Origin: the human T2T-CHM13v2.0 reference genome, Homo sapiens
Strand: one strand, 5' to 3'
Assembly: GCF_009914755.1 (NCBI RefSeq)
Contig: NC_060926.1
DNA length: 64,000 nucleotides
The position numbers and the translations under genes were made by a program. Under the pieces are notes generated by a model. That model did not search any database. It was not told the DNA's origin and saw only the letters and a list, made by a program, of their open reading frames with translations. This document shows, piece after piece, positions 13,003-26,863 of the stretch. Every line of letters begins with the position of its first letter. Within the stretch, counting starts at the first letter, position 1.

Positions 13003-14924
13003 ATAGATTTAGGTCAATATTTTAAAATTTTGATTCATTTGTTTTGATCTATAGATACTTTATAATTTTCACCAAAATAACTTGTGGGATGCTTATATTT
13101 GAAAGTATAAATAATGTTCCAAATCTGCTGGAGTAAAATTTAGAAAGGAAATACACACAGATACACATGCATGTATGCACATATATATTCATAGTATTGG
13201 AGAAGTTTTAAGATTCACAGTTAAGTAAAATGTGCAAAGGGAAAGACTGACAGACCTAGCTACTTAAGAATGTAATGTTTCTTAATGGTAACTACAGACA
13301 ACAAATTAAAGACCAAAAACTGAACTAACAAAAGTAATGAATGATTCAGATAAGATAGCAAAGGATTAATACTGCTAATATTTAGGACCTTTTAAAAGAT
13401 CAATAAGGAAATAAAACGACATTTTTAGAAAAATGGGCTAACATATTAATGGACAAAAGTTTAATGTATAAAAAAGACACGTGAAAAGATATTCATCCTC
13501 ACCAGCAAAGAAATGCAAGTAAATGCCAAAATGCCTTGCTCTGCCTAGGAGAGTAGGAAATATAAATAAGTATATACACACATGCACAGGTACATACTTG
13601 TACTAACCGGCATTGATAAAAGTAATAAAAACAAACTTTCATTTGCTTCTTTTTTTTTTTATTAATGAAGAGTTCTATTGTAAGCCTTTGTCCAGAAATG
13701 TGATCTCTGTTAGGGGATTCTAAGGAAACACTAGGAGAAATAGAGAGGATATAAACAAGAATGCTTATTGCAGCACTGTCTTAAAAAGAGAAAAATAAGG
13801 GAAACGAAATTCTGTGTCTCTGTCTGTGAAAACACATATACACATAAGATTGTTTAATCACTTAATATTCATACAAAAATGTTATACCATCATTAAAATA
13901 ACTGAATACTTTATTTCCTGACATTATGCAATGCCCATGACATACTGTTATAAGCAAAAGCTGTAATATGAATATAATTGCATCCAATTTTTATAAAAAT
14001 GTATGCATAGTAACAATTTTGAAAACCACTGCACATGCCCACATTAATGTTTAGTATCCCTGGACTCTGAGATTATGGGTATTTTTATTTTCTTTTTAAT
14101 AATATTCTATAAGTCTTTGAAATGTAAATACATTACTTTTATAATTATTAAATAATAAATTATCAACAATTCTAATTGTTTTTCTAATTAGAAGAAACAA
14201 TAAAGCTATTTCCCTAAGCTTCTACAATTATGTAATGTGCCTAGTTTGAAGATTTTTTCATTTTTTTTACATTTATATAATGAGTTCTGTTTTTCTCTTT
14301 TTGTTCAGGCTGGCTAGAAGCTCAGAAGCTATTGTCATTTTCTAGTAAAAAGATTATTTTAGTCCTCATATTTTTATTTCTTCTCTTTTCTAATGTAGTA
14401 TCTTTTTACACTTCAAAACTTCAATTTTCATCATTATTCCAATTACTTTCTTTTTAATATTTTCATTATAAGTCAACTCAAATTCTACTTGAAAGTAGTC
14501 AGAATATCAGGACATAGATAAGGAATATAATAAAAAATGATGTCCTATTTCATGTCTATTGTTTCATGATCTATTGTTTTTATTTCACCTTCTTTCTACC
14601 CCCTGCTATCCCCCCAAAAAAGGAAGTAGGGTTGTGTTAGACCGGAAGCTAAGAGAGAAAGCTTTTTTGTCTGATCACAGACAAGTTTAAGTATTTACTA
14701 GCAGTGCACTCATGCGTCAGAGATTAAGTTCCCAAAAAGTGATAACATACAAAGAAATCAATAATAAAATATTCTGTGAGGGAATGTAAATTCTTAAAAT
14801 TTCAAAACAGTGATATTCTCTCTCCAAGTATTCCTCTTACCCCTTTTTGATAAAGTCTATTTTCCTCAACCTAATCATACTATACACTTTGTATTTAAAA
14901 TGTTTTGACTTAGTTTTTTTAACA

Positions 14925-15070
14925 TACTAAAAATTCCTACAAGGTAGGCATTATTATATCTATTTTTCATGCTAAGAAAGAGAGACTAAGGCAGGTCAAG
15001 TGACTTGCCCAAGATCAAATAGCGAGTAAAAATAGCAGAACTTGGTTTTGATCTCAGTTTTCTTAAAAAT
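14925..15070 (-). mobile_element. MIR fragment
   Basis: AGGTAGGCATTATTATATCTATTTT...AAGTGACTTGCCCAAGATCAAATAGC. Confidence 0.75.
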
Positions 15071-15504
15071 TTTGACTATAGTCCTACTTGTCATCTATCA
15101 AGATGCATCAGCTGCTTTGTCAGTGAGAAAGATTTAAGGATTCTAAAGTTGCTCACGCTGCATGGTTTCAGCTAAATTTCCAGTTCCTAAAGGGATTACA
15201 ATGTATGTAGCGTTAGTTCATCTTTGTAATCTAAGCTGATTTAAAATTTTAAATGGCTCGATGTAGTGCTGTACTCAAAAGAAAAGTGCTTCTTTTAGCC
15301 TGCCTTCTGATATTTATATATCAGAATAAATTTCTGTTAGAAATTTATTTTATCTTTATTCATTGGAATTTGTTAAGATTAGTTAACAAGAAATTCATTG
15401 CTACTAAACTTCTTGGTGACATTTGCAATATGTTGAGTCATTTACGAGGTCTACTTGTTTTGAATATACTGATGAGGAGGTTCTCTCCAAAAATTTATTT
15501 AGGT

Positions 15505-15735
15505 GGAATATGGACTTTGAAGTCATGGATAACTGGGCTAATATTATATTTCAAACAATTACTAGCTTTGTTACTGTGGACGAATTCCATGTTCTTTTCA
15601 AACCTCAGTTTCCTCAGCTATGAAATGGAGCAATTCCCACCTCTCAAGGCTGTTGTATGGAACTAATGACACAATTGAAAGGAAGCATGTAATCTAGTAT
15701 TTGTCACACAGTGTGTACAGAACAAATATTAGTCT
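15505..15735 (+). mobile_element. MIR, near full length
   Basis: GGACTTTGAAGTCA...AAACCTCAGTTTCCTCAGCTATGAAATGG...AAGGCTGTTGTATGG. Confidence 0.8.
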
Positions 15736-15857
15736 AAAAATTGAAGTAAGCTGTATAAGCATAATAGTAATATTTTTATCTGCATTAATTATATCTGTTC
15801 TAATTATTTATCATAGACACTGTCTCTGCTATGGAATATGATGAGAAAGATGATGAT

Positions 15858-16280
15858 CCTATAGGTCAGGGTCCCACCTGGAAACAAATGTCTCACTTAA
15901 TATCAGCATTCAAAGAGAGTTTCATAAAGGGACTATTTACAAAACTGTGCACAGCAGTAAGAAAAGCACATAATGGATGGTGAAGTATCTCTTGATTGCA
16001 CACAGTCACTACTGTCCTAAGGTCTGAAGGGATAATAACTGCAGCTGGAAGAAACAGCTCTCCAACAGAAGCTGTGGCCCTGGTGGATCACTGAAAAATT
16101 GGTCTAACATGGAGGAAAGCAAGGATGATCACTTTCTTCATTTGTCCTGTGATCTGAATGAACCCAATTGGATGTAACATGGCAAGACAGCTAGGTTCTA
16201 TATGTCCGTAGAAGGCAACTTCATGGACACTGAACAAGAGTGAGAAATGAGTCTTAGGAGTCAAGACTTAATAACACTTA
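15858..16280 (-). mobile_element. LTR33-like ERVL LTR
   Basis: GGTCAGGGTCCCACCTGGAAACAAATG...GAGAGTTTCATAAAGGGACTATTTACAAA...GATGGTGAAG matches the LTR33 3' end in reverse. Confidence 0.65.
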
Positions 16281-16577
16281 AGCAAAAATGATATCATATA
16301 TTAGAATTTGAAAGAAGAAAAAAAAGTTGCTCACATGTCCTTCTCTGTGCAGTATTACCTGTGGAAGCCTTTGAGTCAAATGAGCAAAAGATTATAAGTT
16401 AAACATTAAATCAAATGAAAACACATGTTATTTGAAAATTTAAAGATGAATAATAATAGTGATGAGAATGAAGAAGAAAAGAGGATGGGGAGAATAGAGA
16501 ATTAGAAATGGTCAGTGAATGGGCCAAAGAAGAAAGAGAAAAAGAAAGATCATGGCCATGGTCTCTAGAAGAAATAA

Positions 16578-17054
<477 letters not shown>

Positions 17055-17285
17055 TGATCATTCTGTTTCACATTGCACTCCTGATCTCAATACCCTGTTC
17101 ATTTTTTCTTCTTTGTAATATAGATGTATATTACACACCATATTATTTGCTTGTTTGTAATAGATATTATGAACTCTCTATCAACCCATGTAAAACTAAG
17201 CTCTAAGGGGCCAAAAAATGTGTTTGTTTTATTCATCCAGGTATCTTAAAAGTCTAATACAGTGCTGGGCGTAGATTAGCTGTGT
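17055..17285 (+). mobile_element. L2 3'-end fragment
   Basis: TGTAAAACTAAGCTCTAAGGGG...TTATTCATCCAGGTATC...AGTCTAATACAGTGCTGGGC resembles the L2 terminus. Confidence 0.55.
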
Positions 17286-19677
17286 TTCTATATAGCAGCA
17301 CAACTCTGGCAAGTTCTCTTCAACATATCTAGTCCTTTTGCAAACTGATTAGTTTATCTTCCCTGCATCAGAGTCTCCATAAGAAAGAATGATGCCCCTT
17401 CCTTGTACAGGCTTGGCTTATTGTGAACTATGTGACCAGATATAAATGGATTCTTATGCTGCTTAGACATTTATGACTTAGGGTAAGACATGCAGCATCT
17501 TTAGCCATTTGAAAAGTGTTAAGTATTAATTCTTTATTTCTCAGCCTGAGAAAGCCACCAAGTACAATGTAGGTACCGAATAAGTCATTCCAATTATTTT
17601 TTTAATTGCCTTCTACTTACGTCTATGCTCTTGCTTCCAAATGGATCACAGATCCAAAGAACCATGAAATATTTTGTGCCTTAATGGAGCAAACATCAGT
17701 ACCATCCCTGGAGGCAACCTGTAACTGGGAAATTTTTCTCTCAGCATTGCAACTCTGGTGTTTGAAAACTTTGGCAAAGGATCAGACATGCAGCCATGGG
17801 CTTAGATACTTATCCAAAATTACCTCCTGAACATTCTGAAATTTTCTAATTGCTAATTGCCAATCAAGGGCTGTTTTGTAAGGCTTGATTCCTACCTTAC
17901 TCCCTCGAATGTTAGCAGACTTTTAATTTAAACCTAGAAATGAAAACTAGTCTCAATTTTGATATGAGATCAGACTTTAAAAGTTTCCACTTCATTACTT
18001 TAATGCACGTGTACACACAAACACACACACGTATGAGAAACCAATTTGGGCAAGGGTCATAGCACCCATTTTATTAATATTAATTCCTTAGCAGATGCCA
18101 ATCTTTAAATTCATGTTGGTTTTATAATATTCTTCATGTAAAATAAATAAAAAGAAATAAAATTAACGTTTTTTGAAGTTATAAGTCAGAAGAAATTGAA
18201 GTTTCTGGGTCCAAGTATAAGAAGATTAACAACCACACTATATATCAACCCAATATAAAAAAAACACAGCATTGACTTTAAATAAACCATCCAAGAGATG
18301 GTGAACTTCCTTAAATGGCAAGAGATATATAGTTTCTCATTTCTATTCTAGACTAAAATCTTTAAATATTTTTTAAATAGCTGCTGTCTGTAGGAAAAGA
18401 GCAGTTAAACCAAGGTTTTAGACTTCCTTCAACAATCATAAATATATTTAACTAAAAGACTTGTTGTTATTATATCAAATGTGTCTTGGAATGGGTAACA
18501 TTTACCTTTTCTGTATCACTACCTCAATTATTTCTATCTCCGATCAGTTACACAATGTATCTATGTTTGTTCCTGTGTTTGTGTGTGTGTGTGTGTGTAT
18601 GCGCACAGAAGCAGTTTTGTGCAATATAATGTATAATGTAACTACTTTTCTTAGTGTTTTTAAGTGCCACACATCACTCAGCTCTTCCCAGGCTCAGGGT
18701 AGTATGGAATGTTCCAGCCTCGACTACTTGGTTTCTTACCTGTGGTGGAACTAGAAAAAGACAAACAAGTCAACGTATTCAGTTTGGATTGATTAAGTTT
18801 ATTTATGTCAATGAAAAGATGTGGCAGACAAACCAAGGAAATTGCTAAAAAGAGAAGGATTGGAATAACTAATAGCTGCCCATAGGGATGACTAATCCGG
18901 CTGCCTCAGAGATAGCATCCCTTATCACAGGCACTGAGAGTGAGGCTAGTCTTCAGTGCACAAGTCTAGTACAGTACAAATAAGTGAGTTAAATGGTTCC
19001 TTTACTAACACAGACTCCATCTCCACCTGCTCCCTGGTCACCTCTCTTTCTGGTCATTAGCAGATGGAAAAATGTTAGATTCTGGGCCTGTTTATCTAAC
19101 CTTTTGGTTTGGAGGCCAGGAAATCAACAAAGATCAGAGAAGACAATGTCATTTAGGGCAGTTTTCATGTCTAGTCTTCTTTCCTGCTGAAAGATTTAGA
19201 TAAGCTGGGGATTAAATATAACTCATGCCCTTTAGATGGTGGCACTTTCATCTACAAGAGCATTTGAAAATTTAATGCTAACAAAGGCTAAAAACAGGCA
19301 TTTCCATTCACAGCATGACAGGAATAGTTTATTGGGGAAAGGGAACCTTTTGGTAGATAAAAGAGAAGGGTTCTCCTAACCTCTTCCTACAATGTTGTTA
19401 GGTGTTATTTTAGTTTATATATTGTAATAACAGCTATAGTCTGGTTAAAATTTCTGTTTTCAAGATATAAAATCAAAGATGTTTTACAAAAGTTTAAGAG
19501 TGGCATTTATTGAAAGGATCGTAGGTTATCTTATGGAACCTGAAGATACAATATGATGCCAGGGTTGTTCCAGAACTCTTCATGGCTCTTTGTTTCTCAT
19601 GGTCCAGACACTGTACAATTTTTGTCAGTGGACCTTCCCTGAAAACTGTTGTGGAATTAATACATAAAGAGGTCCTC

Positions 19678-19982
<305 letters not shown>

Positions 19983-20949
19983 AAAGATGTCCTCCCCTGC
20001 ACATATCCCCACCCAGTTGTCTATCATGCCATCTATGTTGTTTTCTACATGGTACTTATTAATATCAGTGCATGCTTGCTTACCATCCTCTGTCTCAGTG
20101 GCTCCTAAGATAACAAAAATCTTACAAGCAAAAGGGCTCTTTTTTGCTCAAAACTGTTTCTGTAGCAGCCAAAAATGTGTCTTGTTCATAATGCATACTC
20201 AGTAAATATCTGTTGAGTGATTAACTTAATAACTGAAAATAAAATTGAAAAAAATTGAATGTTAGCAACTATCTCTTAGTTTACCTTCAGAGTTGCTCTT
20301 TATTGTACTCTTGTATCTTCCTTACTCTCTTAATGTTTTCTCACTTTCACTTTGGCAGCTAATCTTTAGCATTCTTCTTTTCCCTTTGACCTCATTCACA
20401 TGATCTCTTGTCTGTTTTTTTATTTTTTTTAACATGTCGACAGTATTTATTGCTCTTTGCAAATAAGTTTTCTCTACTTTATCCATGTAGTGGTAGAAAA
20501 CAGCTTTCCTCATAGAATCCTAGTTGATAACTTCTCCAGAAAGAATGTAGACTAAATTGGGCTCTATATGTCTCTATTATAAATTTCTGAAAGAGAAATT
20601 TTGGTAGACCCAGCTCGATATTCCACATTTGATCAAATCTCATGTGTTCAGAAATGCTGTATAAGATACAACAGAAGCTGCTGTGCATTTCCAATGCTGA
20701 GAGGTGAAGAATCTCACAAAGAAGCTACCATGAGTTCAAGAGGCAATTCAAAACAGTGCCTGGTACACGAATGGATTTCATTCTAATTTTGCAGAAGAAA
20801 AAACTAAGACTTAAAAGCTAGCTAAAGACTAAGCAAGTTGCAGAAACCATTAGTCATCAAGCGCCAGAGACAATTTCTAAAGTCAGGATGTTTGATTCAA
20901 GACATCTATACTTAATCATCTTGGTCTAATTATGCTATTAAACTATCCA

Positions 20950-21412
20950 CAGGAAATTGAAAACCTTGTGAATATGATAAGCTGCCCTTCTCTTGGTTAG
21001 TTATGTTATGTGACAAAGGTGAAAGGATTTTACAAATGCAATTAAAATTCTTAATCATTTGACTTTGAAGTAATCAAAGAAAGATATCCTGGGTGGGCCT
21101 GACCTAGACCTAATCAGAGAAACACTGAAATAAGGTCCTAGAAGCCTAAGAAAATTTCCAGCCGTCTTGAAAGAAACTAGTCCCTGTGATTTTGACAGTC
21201 ATGAGGAATCGAATTTGCCAAAAATGATGTGATCTTAGAAATGCGCCCTACACTTCAGATGAGACCACAGCCCAGGCTGATAGCTTGAGGTGAGACCCTG
21301 AGTAGAGGATTTGGATAAACTATGTCCAGATTCCTGAGACACAGAAACTGAGATAATGAACATTTGTAGTCTTAAACTACTAATCTGTTATACAGTAATA
21401 AACAATGAATAA
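20950..21412 (+). mobile_element. MLT1E-like MaLR LTR
   Basis: ATTTGACTTTGAAGTAATCAAAG...ATCCTGGGTGGGCCTGACCTA...CAGATGAGACCACAGCCCAGGCTGA...ACAGAAACTGAGATAAT. Confidence 0.8.
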
Positions 21413-22439
21413 ATATTAAGTAAAGATAATGCAATCATTGGGAAAATTATACAGATGCGAAGTTCTTTTTTTTCTCTTTCTTTCTTTCTTCCTTCCTTTC
21501 TTTCTTTCTATTTTATTTTATTGTGGTAAGAACACCACATGAAATCTACCTTCTGATATATTTATTTTAACTATGGCATTTTGAGCATGTCTTTTCTACC
21601 CTGTGAGCTTAATTTTTCTTACCTACAAAAATGAAAGACTTGGGCTTAATTTGTTTTTGTTTCTTTTTCCAGCTATCTGCTTGCAACATGATATATCTGA
21701 TAAGAGAACCTTCAAATATTGAATATTGGGGAAAGATGGAACTGTAAAAAGCATTTTTTTCCAATATCCTAAAACTCACAAGGATATGCCTTTTCTCCTC
21801 CTCAGAGCTGCCCATTGATGCCTTGCTTTGCTGCTTCTGTTTATATGCCCCACCTTAAAACAAATCTCCATAAATACGTTAGAGTAAATGGTTAATGCTA
21901 GGTTGGAAGGCCCCATGATGAGGCTTTACAACTAGGCCAGAGATGCAGTACTTCCCTTTGGGTAAGGTAACTGTTTCTATTAATAACTTAAAAGAGCCCA
22001 TTATAGAAGCCAAACTAGAATCAATTAAAATGAATAATATACTCAAAACACCTGGGGAGAATGATCCTAATTCCAAGAACAGTAAACTTGAGAATAAAAT
22101 ATCATGAGAACTCATTTTCAATTAAATTATATTGAATGGGGTTCAAACACAGAATGTTTGTATAATTACTAACTAACTTACTATTATCTTAATGTTGAGA
22201 TTAAATATTCTCCCCTCACCTTTGATTTCCCTCTTTTCCTGGATTCTGGTGCGTACTGAATCACCAACTGCTAACAAGTGCATTTGGTAGTAAGACTTAC
22301 ATCAGAAAAAGAGGATGTTACTCTCTTAACATGATTATACCATAAGGAAATAAATACTGAAGTGCAAAAGCTCTGATTTACTAGTGGAAACCACACCTAC
22401 AGTAAAGCAACATATTCCTATTTAAATTTTAGTGATATT

Positions 22440-22870
22440 ATTCTGATTGTAATGTAAAGATTAACAATGAGCAGTGGAAAGGCCAAAAGGGAGATCAGTT
22501 AAGCGAATTTTAAAAAGGCCTTAATGAAGATGATGGTGAAATAAACTGAATTAAAACAATAGCATTGGGGGTGGAGAAAAGCATATAAATCAAAAGGCGC
22601 TAGAGAGATCAAAATGACAGGATTTGTGATTGATTAGCAAAGGGGGATAATAGAGAGGAAAAAAAATCAAGGTGATACTTAGATTTCTGTCTTGAAAAAA
22701 GAAAACAAAGACAAAACACCTCAGGAAGGGAGGTGGATAGATGACCTGTATTTTTTAATTTATTTTGGAATTTGATCGTTTGTGGAACTTCTTAAATTTA
22801 GCTACTAAAGAATTAAAGTCTGCATCTAAAACTCAGGAGGTAGGTCTGAGTGGAAGGATATTTGAGAAGC
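22440..22870 (-). mobile_element. L2 fragment
   Basis: AAATGACAGGATTTGTGATTGATTAG...ATCAAGGTGATACTTAGATTTCTGTCTTG...AAACTCAGGAGGTAGGTCTGAG. Confidence 0.6.
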
Positions 22871-22872
22871 AT

Positions 22873-23155
22873 CAGCACTATCGCAAGGACAAAAAAGCAA
22901 ACACCTCATGTTCTCACTCATAGGTGGGAATTGAACAATGAGAACACATGGACACAGGAAGGGGAACATCACACACTGGGGCCTGTTGTGGGGTGGGGGG
23001 AGAGGGGAGGGATAGCATTAGGAGATATACCTAATGTTAAATGACCAGTTGATGGGTGCAGCTCACCAACATGGCACATGTATACATATGTAACTAACCT
23101 GCACGTTGTGCACATGTACCCTACAATTTAAGTATAATTTAAAAACAAAAGAAAT
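22873..23155 (+). mobile_element. L1PA3-5-like short 3' end
   Basis: CTATCGCAAGGACAAAAAA...GGGATAGCATTAGGAGATATACCTAATGTTAAATGAC...GTGCACATGTACCCTA and an A tail. Confidence 0.95.
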
Positions 23156-23629
23156 TAAGGAAGTTGATTCAGTTCCCCAGTGAGAATGGGTTATTAGAAC
23201 AGTGCCTTTTCAAGAGAAGGGAGAGATTCAAGGAGAAAGAAAATGTTGAAAGTTTCAAGTACCGCTGAGCTATTTAGAAGAGTGAGAACATTGTTGCACT
23301 TGGCATTAGGTTTATGTTCAGGTTTCACTGTTATGTTGCTATAATAAATAAACATTATTTTCCATCACTGCCTCTTAAATTTACATGGCAGATCTGTCTA
23401 CTTCTGATCAAAGTTGTTGTCTCTTCTTTGTGGTTATAACTAGATAACATTCTCAAGTGTCCCTTCCAGTTGGCTGAAGTTATGTGACTGAGTTCTGACA
23501 AAAATAAAACAAAGTTTTAGTCAAAATTTGCAAAAACTGTTTATTTATGATGTTGTGGTGTAAAGGAATCCCTCTGCCATCACATTCATTTCAACAGAGG
23601 TTCAAAGATGATTGAAAGGAAAGTGAGGT

Positions 23630-23990
23630 TGATATTTAACTCAGGTCACCATAGCAAACACCATACACTGCATAACTTAAAGAAAAGACATTTATTTCTC
23701 AAAGTCTGGAGACTGGAAAAGCCAAGATCAAGGATGCAAAAGATCTGGTACCTGATGAGGGCTCTCTTCTGGATTCCCACATAGCTGTTGTTGCCTGGGT
23801 GCTCACATGGCCTTGCCCATGAGCAGGCACATGGACAGAGAAAAGGCAGCAAGCTCTCAGGTGTTCCCATCATGAGCACTGTACCCTTATGACTTAATTA
23901 CCTCCCAAAGACTCCAGCTCATCTAACAAATCACAGTGGAGTTAGGGTTTTAACATATGAATTTTGGGAGGACACAAATACTTCATAATG
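23630..23990 (-). mobile_element. MLT1A0-like MaLR LTR
   Basis: ACATTTATTTCTCAAAGTCTGGAGACTGGAAAAGCCAAGATCAAGG...TTACCTCCCAAAGAC...AACATATGAATTTTGGGAGGACACAAA. Confidence 0.85.
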
Positions 23991-24293
23991 TAGAGTAAAA
24001 AGAATAAAACACTGAGGCAACTTCTGAATGGCAAGCATGCTATTAGTGTGGAACTCGGAAGCCAGCTGGCACCTGTTCTCAGACTCCCAGCCTTCACAAG
24101 GTAAGAAATAAGTTTCTGTTATTATGAGCCATGCAGTTTAGGGTACTTTGTTATAGAAGGAGAACAAGGTGGTAAGGTGGTATAGAGATTCCGATGTTAC
24201 CTCACGGTTTTCCATACCACCTTCTTCTCTTTCAGTCTACACAACTTATTTTTGAGGAAGTTCATTCACCTGTATACTATTAATTGTTGTGTG

Positions 24294-24975
24294 TATAGCA
24301 GCCTCCCCTTTTCCTTGACGAATACATTCCAAAACCCCAGCAGATGCCTGAAACCACAAATAATACGAAATTTAATTAGGCTAAATTGGAAAATGTTTCT
24401 GTTTATTTTTTCCACTCACAAATTTAGTGCCTTTTTCATCTTAATTAAGCACTCATCACACAGTGAGGCTACGGCTTCTGCAGTTTGAGGGGAAATGGCA
24501 ACACAAGCAAGAATTTCATTTTCCTTTTTCACAACTTCACAGATAGAAGATTTGTTCTCACCTTGGATCTTAGCAACCTTTGTATGTGTTCTTTGTTTCT
24601 AACTAGATGGAGAACTTTCACTTTTACACTTACAAGAAGCACTTTATGGCTTTTCTTTGGCATATCCACATTGCCAGCACCACCACCATTGAACTTTGAG
24701 GCTGTTGTTAAGTAAAATAAGGGTGACTGGGTCACAAAGACTGCACAACAGTGGATCTGATAACCAAGAGAGCTACTAAGTCACTAATGGGCAGATAGTG
24801 TCTATAGCACGGATACACTGGACAAAGGGACAATTTACATCTTGGGCACAAGATTTCATCACCGTTCTCGAACTCATTGTTTCTGAAATTTTCCATTTAA
24901 TATTTTTGGACTGAGGTTGACTCCAAGTAACTGAAACCTTACAAAGTGAAATCTTGGATATGGTGGAACTACTGT
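24294..24975. mobile_element. MER44C/D (Tigger7 derivative) DNA transposon
   Basis: Left end ...ATACATTCCAAAACCCCAGCAGATGCCTGAAACC; right end TTTTCCATTTAATATTTTTGGAC...GTAACTGAAACC...GAACTACTG followed by TA. Confidence 0.85.
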
Positions 24976-26266
24976 ACAATGATAGAATCTAAATCTAAAC
25001 TCACATTGCCCTACTGAACTTCAGATAAATGTATGGAAATGCTTACTGCACATCACTATTTAGAACTTCCTGAGATATATCAAAAATATGCTACAAAAAC
25101 CTATAACCCTTCACTACTATCATCATCACACACACGTAACCACACTACTGTTCTTTCTACTGTGTATTCTCCAAAGAAACCACATCACTATTTCTTATTG
25201 AAGGCAAAACAATTATAACTTTGGCATTACTTTTATTTAATCCCTTGAAACAGAACAGCTATTCCATTCCATGTCATGCTAATATTTTTATCTAAATATT
25301 TTTCATACACACCCACCACCCACTCTCTCTACCCCTATTCTGACCTCAGATTTATTATTCTGTGGTCTATAGAGCTGTGACTCAAGGCTATCAGTGGATC
25401 TAATTTTTATTCAGACAGTGCTAAGTTCACTGTGGTCCGCTGGAAGTCTGTGGTGGTCTCTGACAATATCTCAGAGCCTGGCCATACTACTCGAATTGCA
25501 GTCAGATTTGATGAGGCTCTCATATAAGCAAAGTGGGCTGAAGGACAGAGGCCAATTGGAGCTGATAAATGCCCTTAGGAACCTGGTGCCAAGAGATTCT
25601 TAATGAAGTGTTTTGGGATGAGCAAATGTTCGATAACCATAACATCATAATTAGTGATCTCAAAACGGAAGAAAACAATGAATATAAAAATTTGCTGATG
25701 ACAATAAATAAATGGAGAAGTGTTGGACATGCTATTATGAGTCTAATATGTATAAAAGATTTATATGATTAGGCAAAATTTTAGAAAGTGATTTAACTCT
25801 CCAATTTGCAATGGAATACATTTCTGAGAGGCAGGCTAGACAGTAACAGGATGTAATGCAAATCTCTGAGGCAAGACATTTAAAAAAATAAATGAATTAT
25901 TTAGTTTGATATTTTCCCACTAATTGTCACACTATTTATTTTTATTTTTTTCAGAACAATTGATGAAAATAATGGTGGCTCAAAAAGTTGAATTAAAATC
26001 ATAGTTACTTTATGGTAAAAATAATACTATGTTTTGATAGCTTAATTAGTGCTCTAGTATTATCTCAAATAATAACTAATCTGGAGAAGCCAATGCAGAA
26101 AAACCAAAAGCACAATATTTATCATCATTTTCCTCGTATTTGTATTGCCTGTTATGTAGAGCACTATACTTCATACGGTACGTTTTGTGTTTCAGAGATA
26201 AAGTCCATTTTCCTGGACTTCTCAGGTAAAATGAATTCTCTGGTTATCAGGAGAGAAATATAGGAA

Positions 26267-26829
26267 TGTAATAGACAGAATAATGTTTTCCCCTCACCAA
26301 AGATGACCATGTCTTAATCCTCAGAACCTGTGAACATGTTAAGTCACATAGAAAATGGGACTTTGCAGATTTGAGTAAGGTTACAGACCTTGAAACAGTA
26401 AGATTATCCTGGATGCTCCAAGTGGGCCCATTAAAATCACATGGGCCCATGAAAGAAGACATATTCCTCAGGTTGGAGACACAGCAGAAGGAGAGTGGGA
26501 GAAGAATTTAGCTCACCTTTCCTGGGGGCCACAAACCAAAAAATTGTGGGTGGCCTCTAGAAACATAGTACAACCATGAGGTGATAGCCAGCTCTAAAAG
26601 GAAGTTAAATTCTGCCAACAACCTGAAAAAAACCTGGAAGCATATTCTCCTCCAGTCTGCAGTAAGGAAGGCAGCTCTGTGTATGCCTTCATTTCAGCCT
26701 GGGGAGGAGGAAGATGAGCCAAGCTGTGTGTGCACTGCTGATCCACAGAAATGTGAGATAATAAATAGGTTCTACATTTGATCACTAAGTCGTGGCAATT
26801 TGTTATAACAATGATATGCAACTAATACA
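26267..26829 (+). mobile_element. MLT1E/MLT1D-like MaLR solo LTR
   Basis: TGTAATAGACAGAATAATG...AAAGATGACCATGTCTTAATCCTCAGAACCTGTGAAC...AATTCTGCCAACAACCTGA...AATTTGTTATAACA...AACTAATACA. Confidence 0.88.
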
Positions 26830-26863
26830 TTCAAACAACTAAAGGTGCTGATTAATGGAAATT

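Larger units (their letters stand above)
10560..14170 (+). mobile_element. Highly decayed old L1 (L1ME/L1M) ORF2 and 3' remnants, interrupted by younger elements
   Basis: A-rich plus strand with scattered ORF2-like motifs (AAATAAAATATTACCATATCTAATCCAGCAA; GAAGACCTGTATGAAGGAAATAC; ACAAAATAATTCTAAACTTTAC; GTGAAAAGATATTCATCCTCACCAG). Confidence 0.6.
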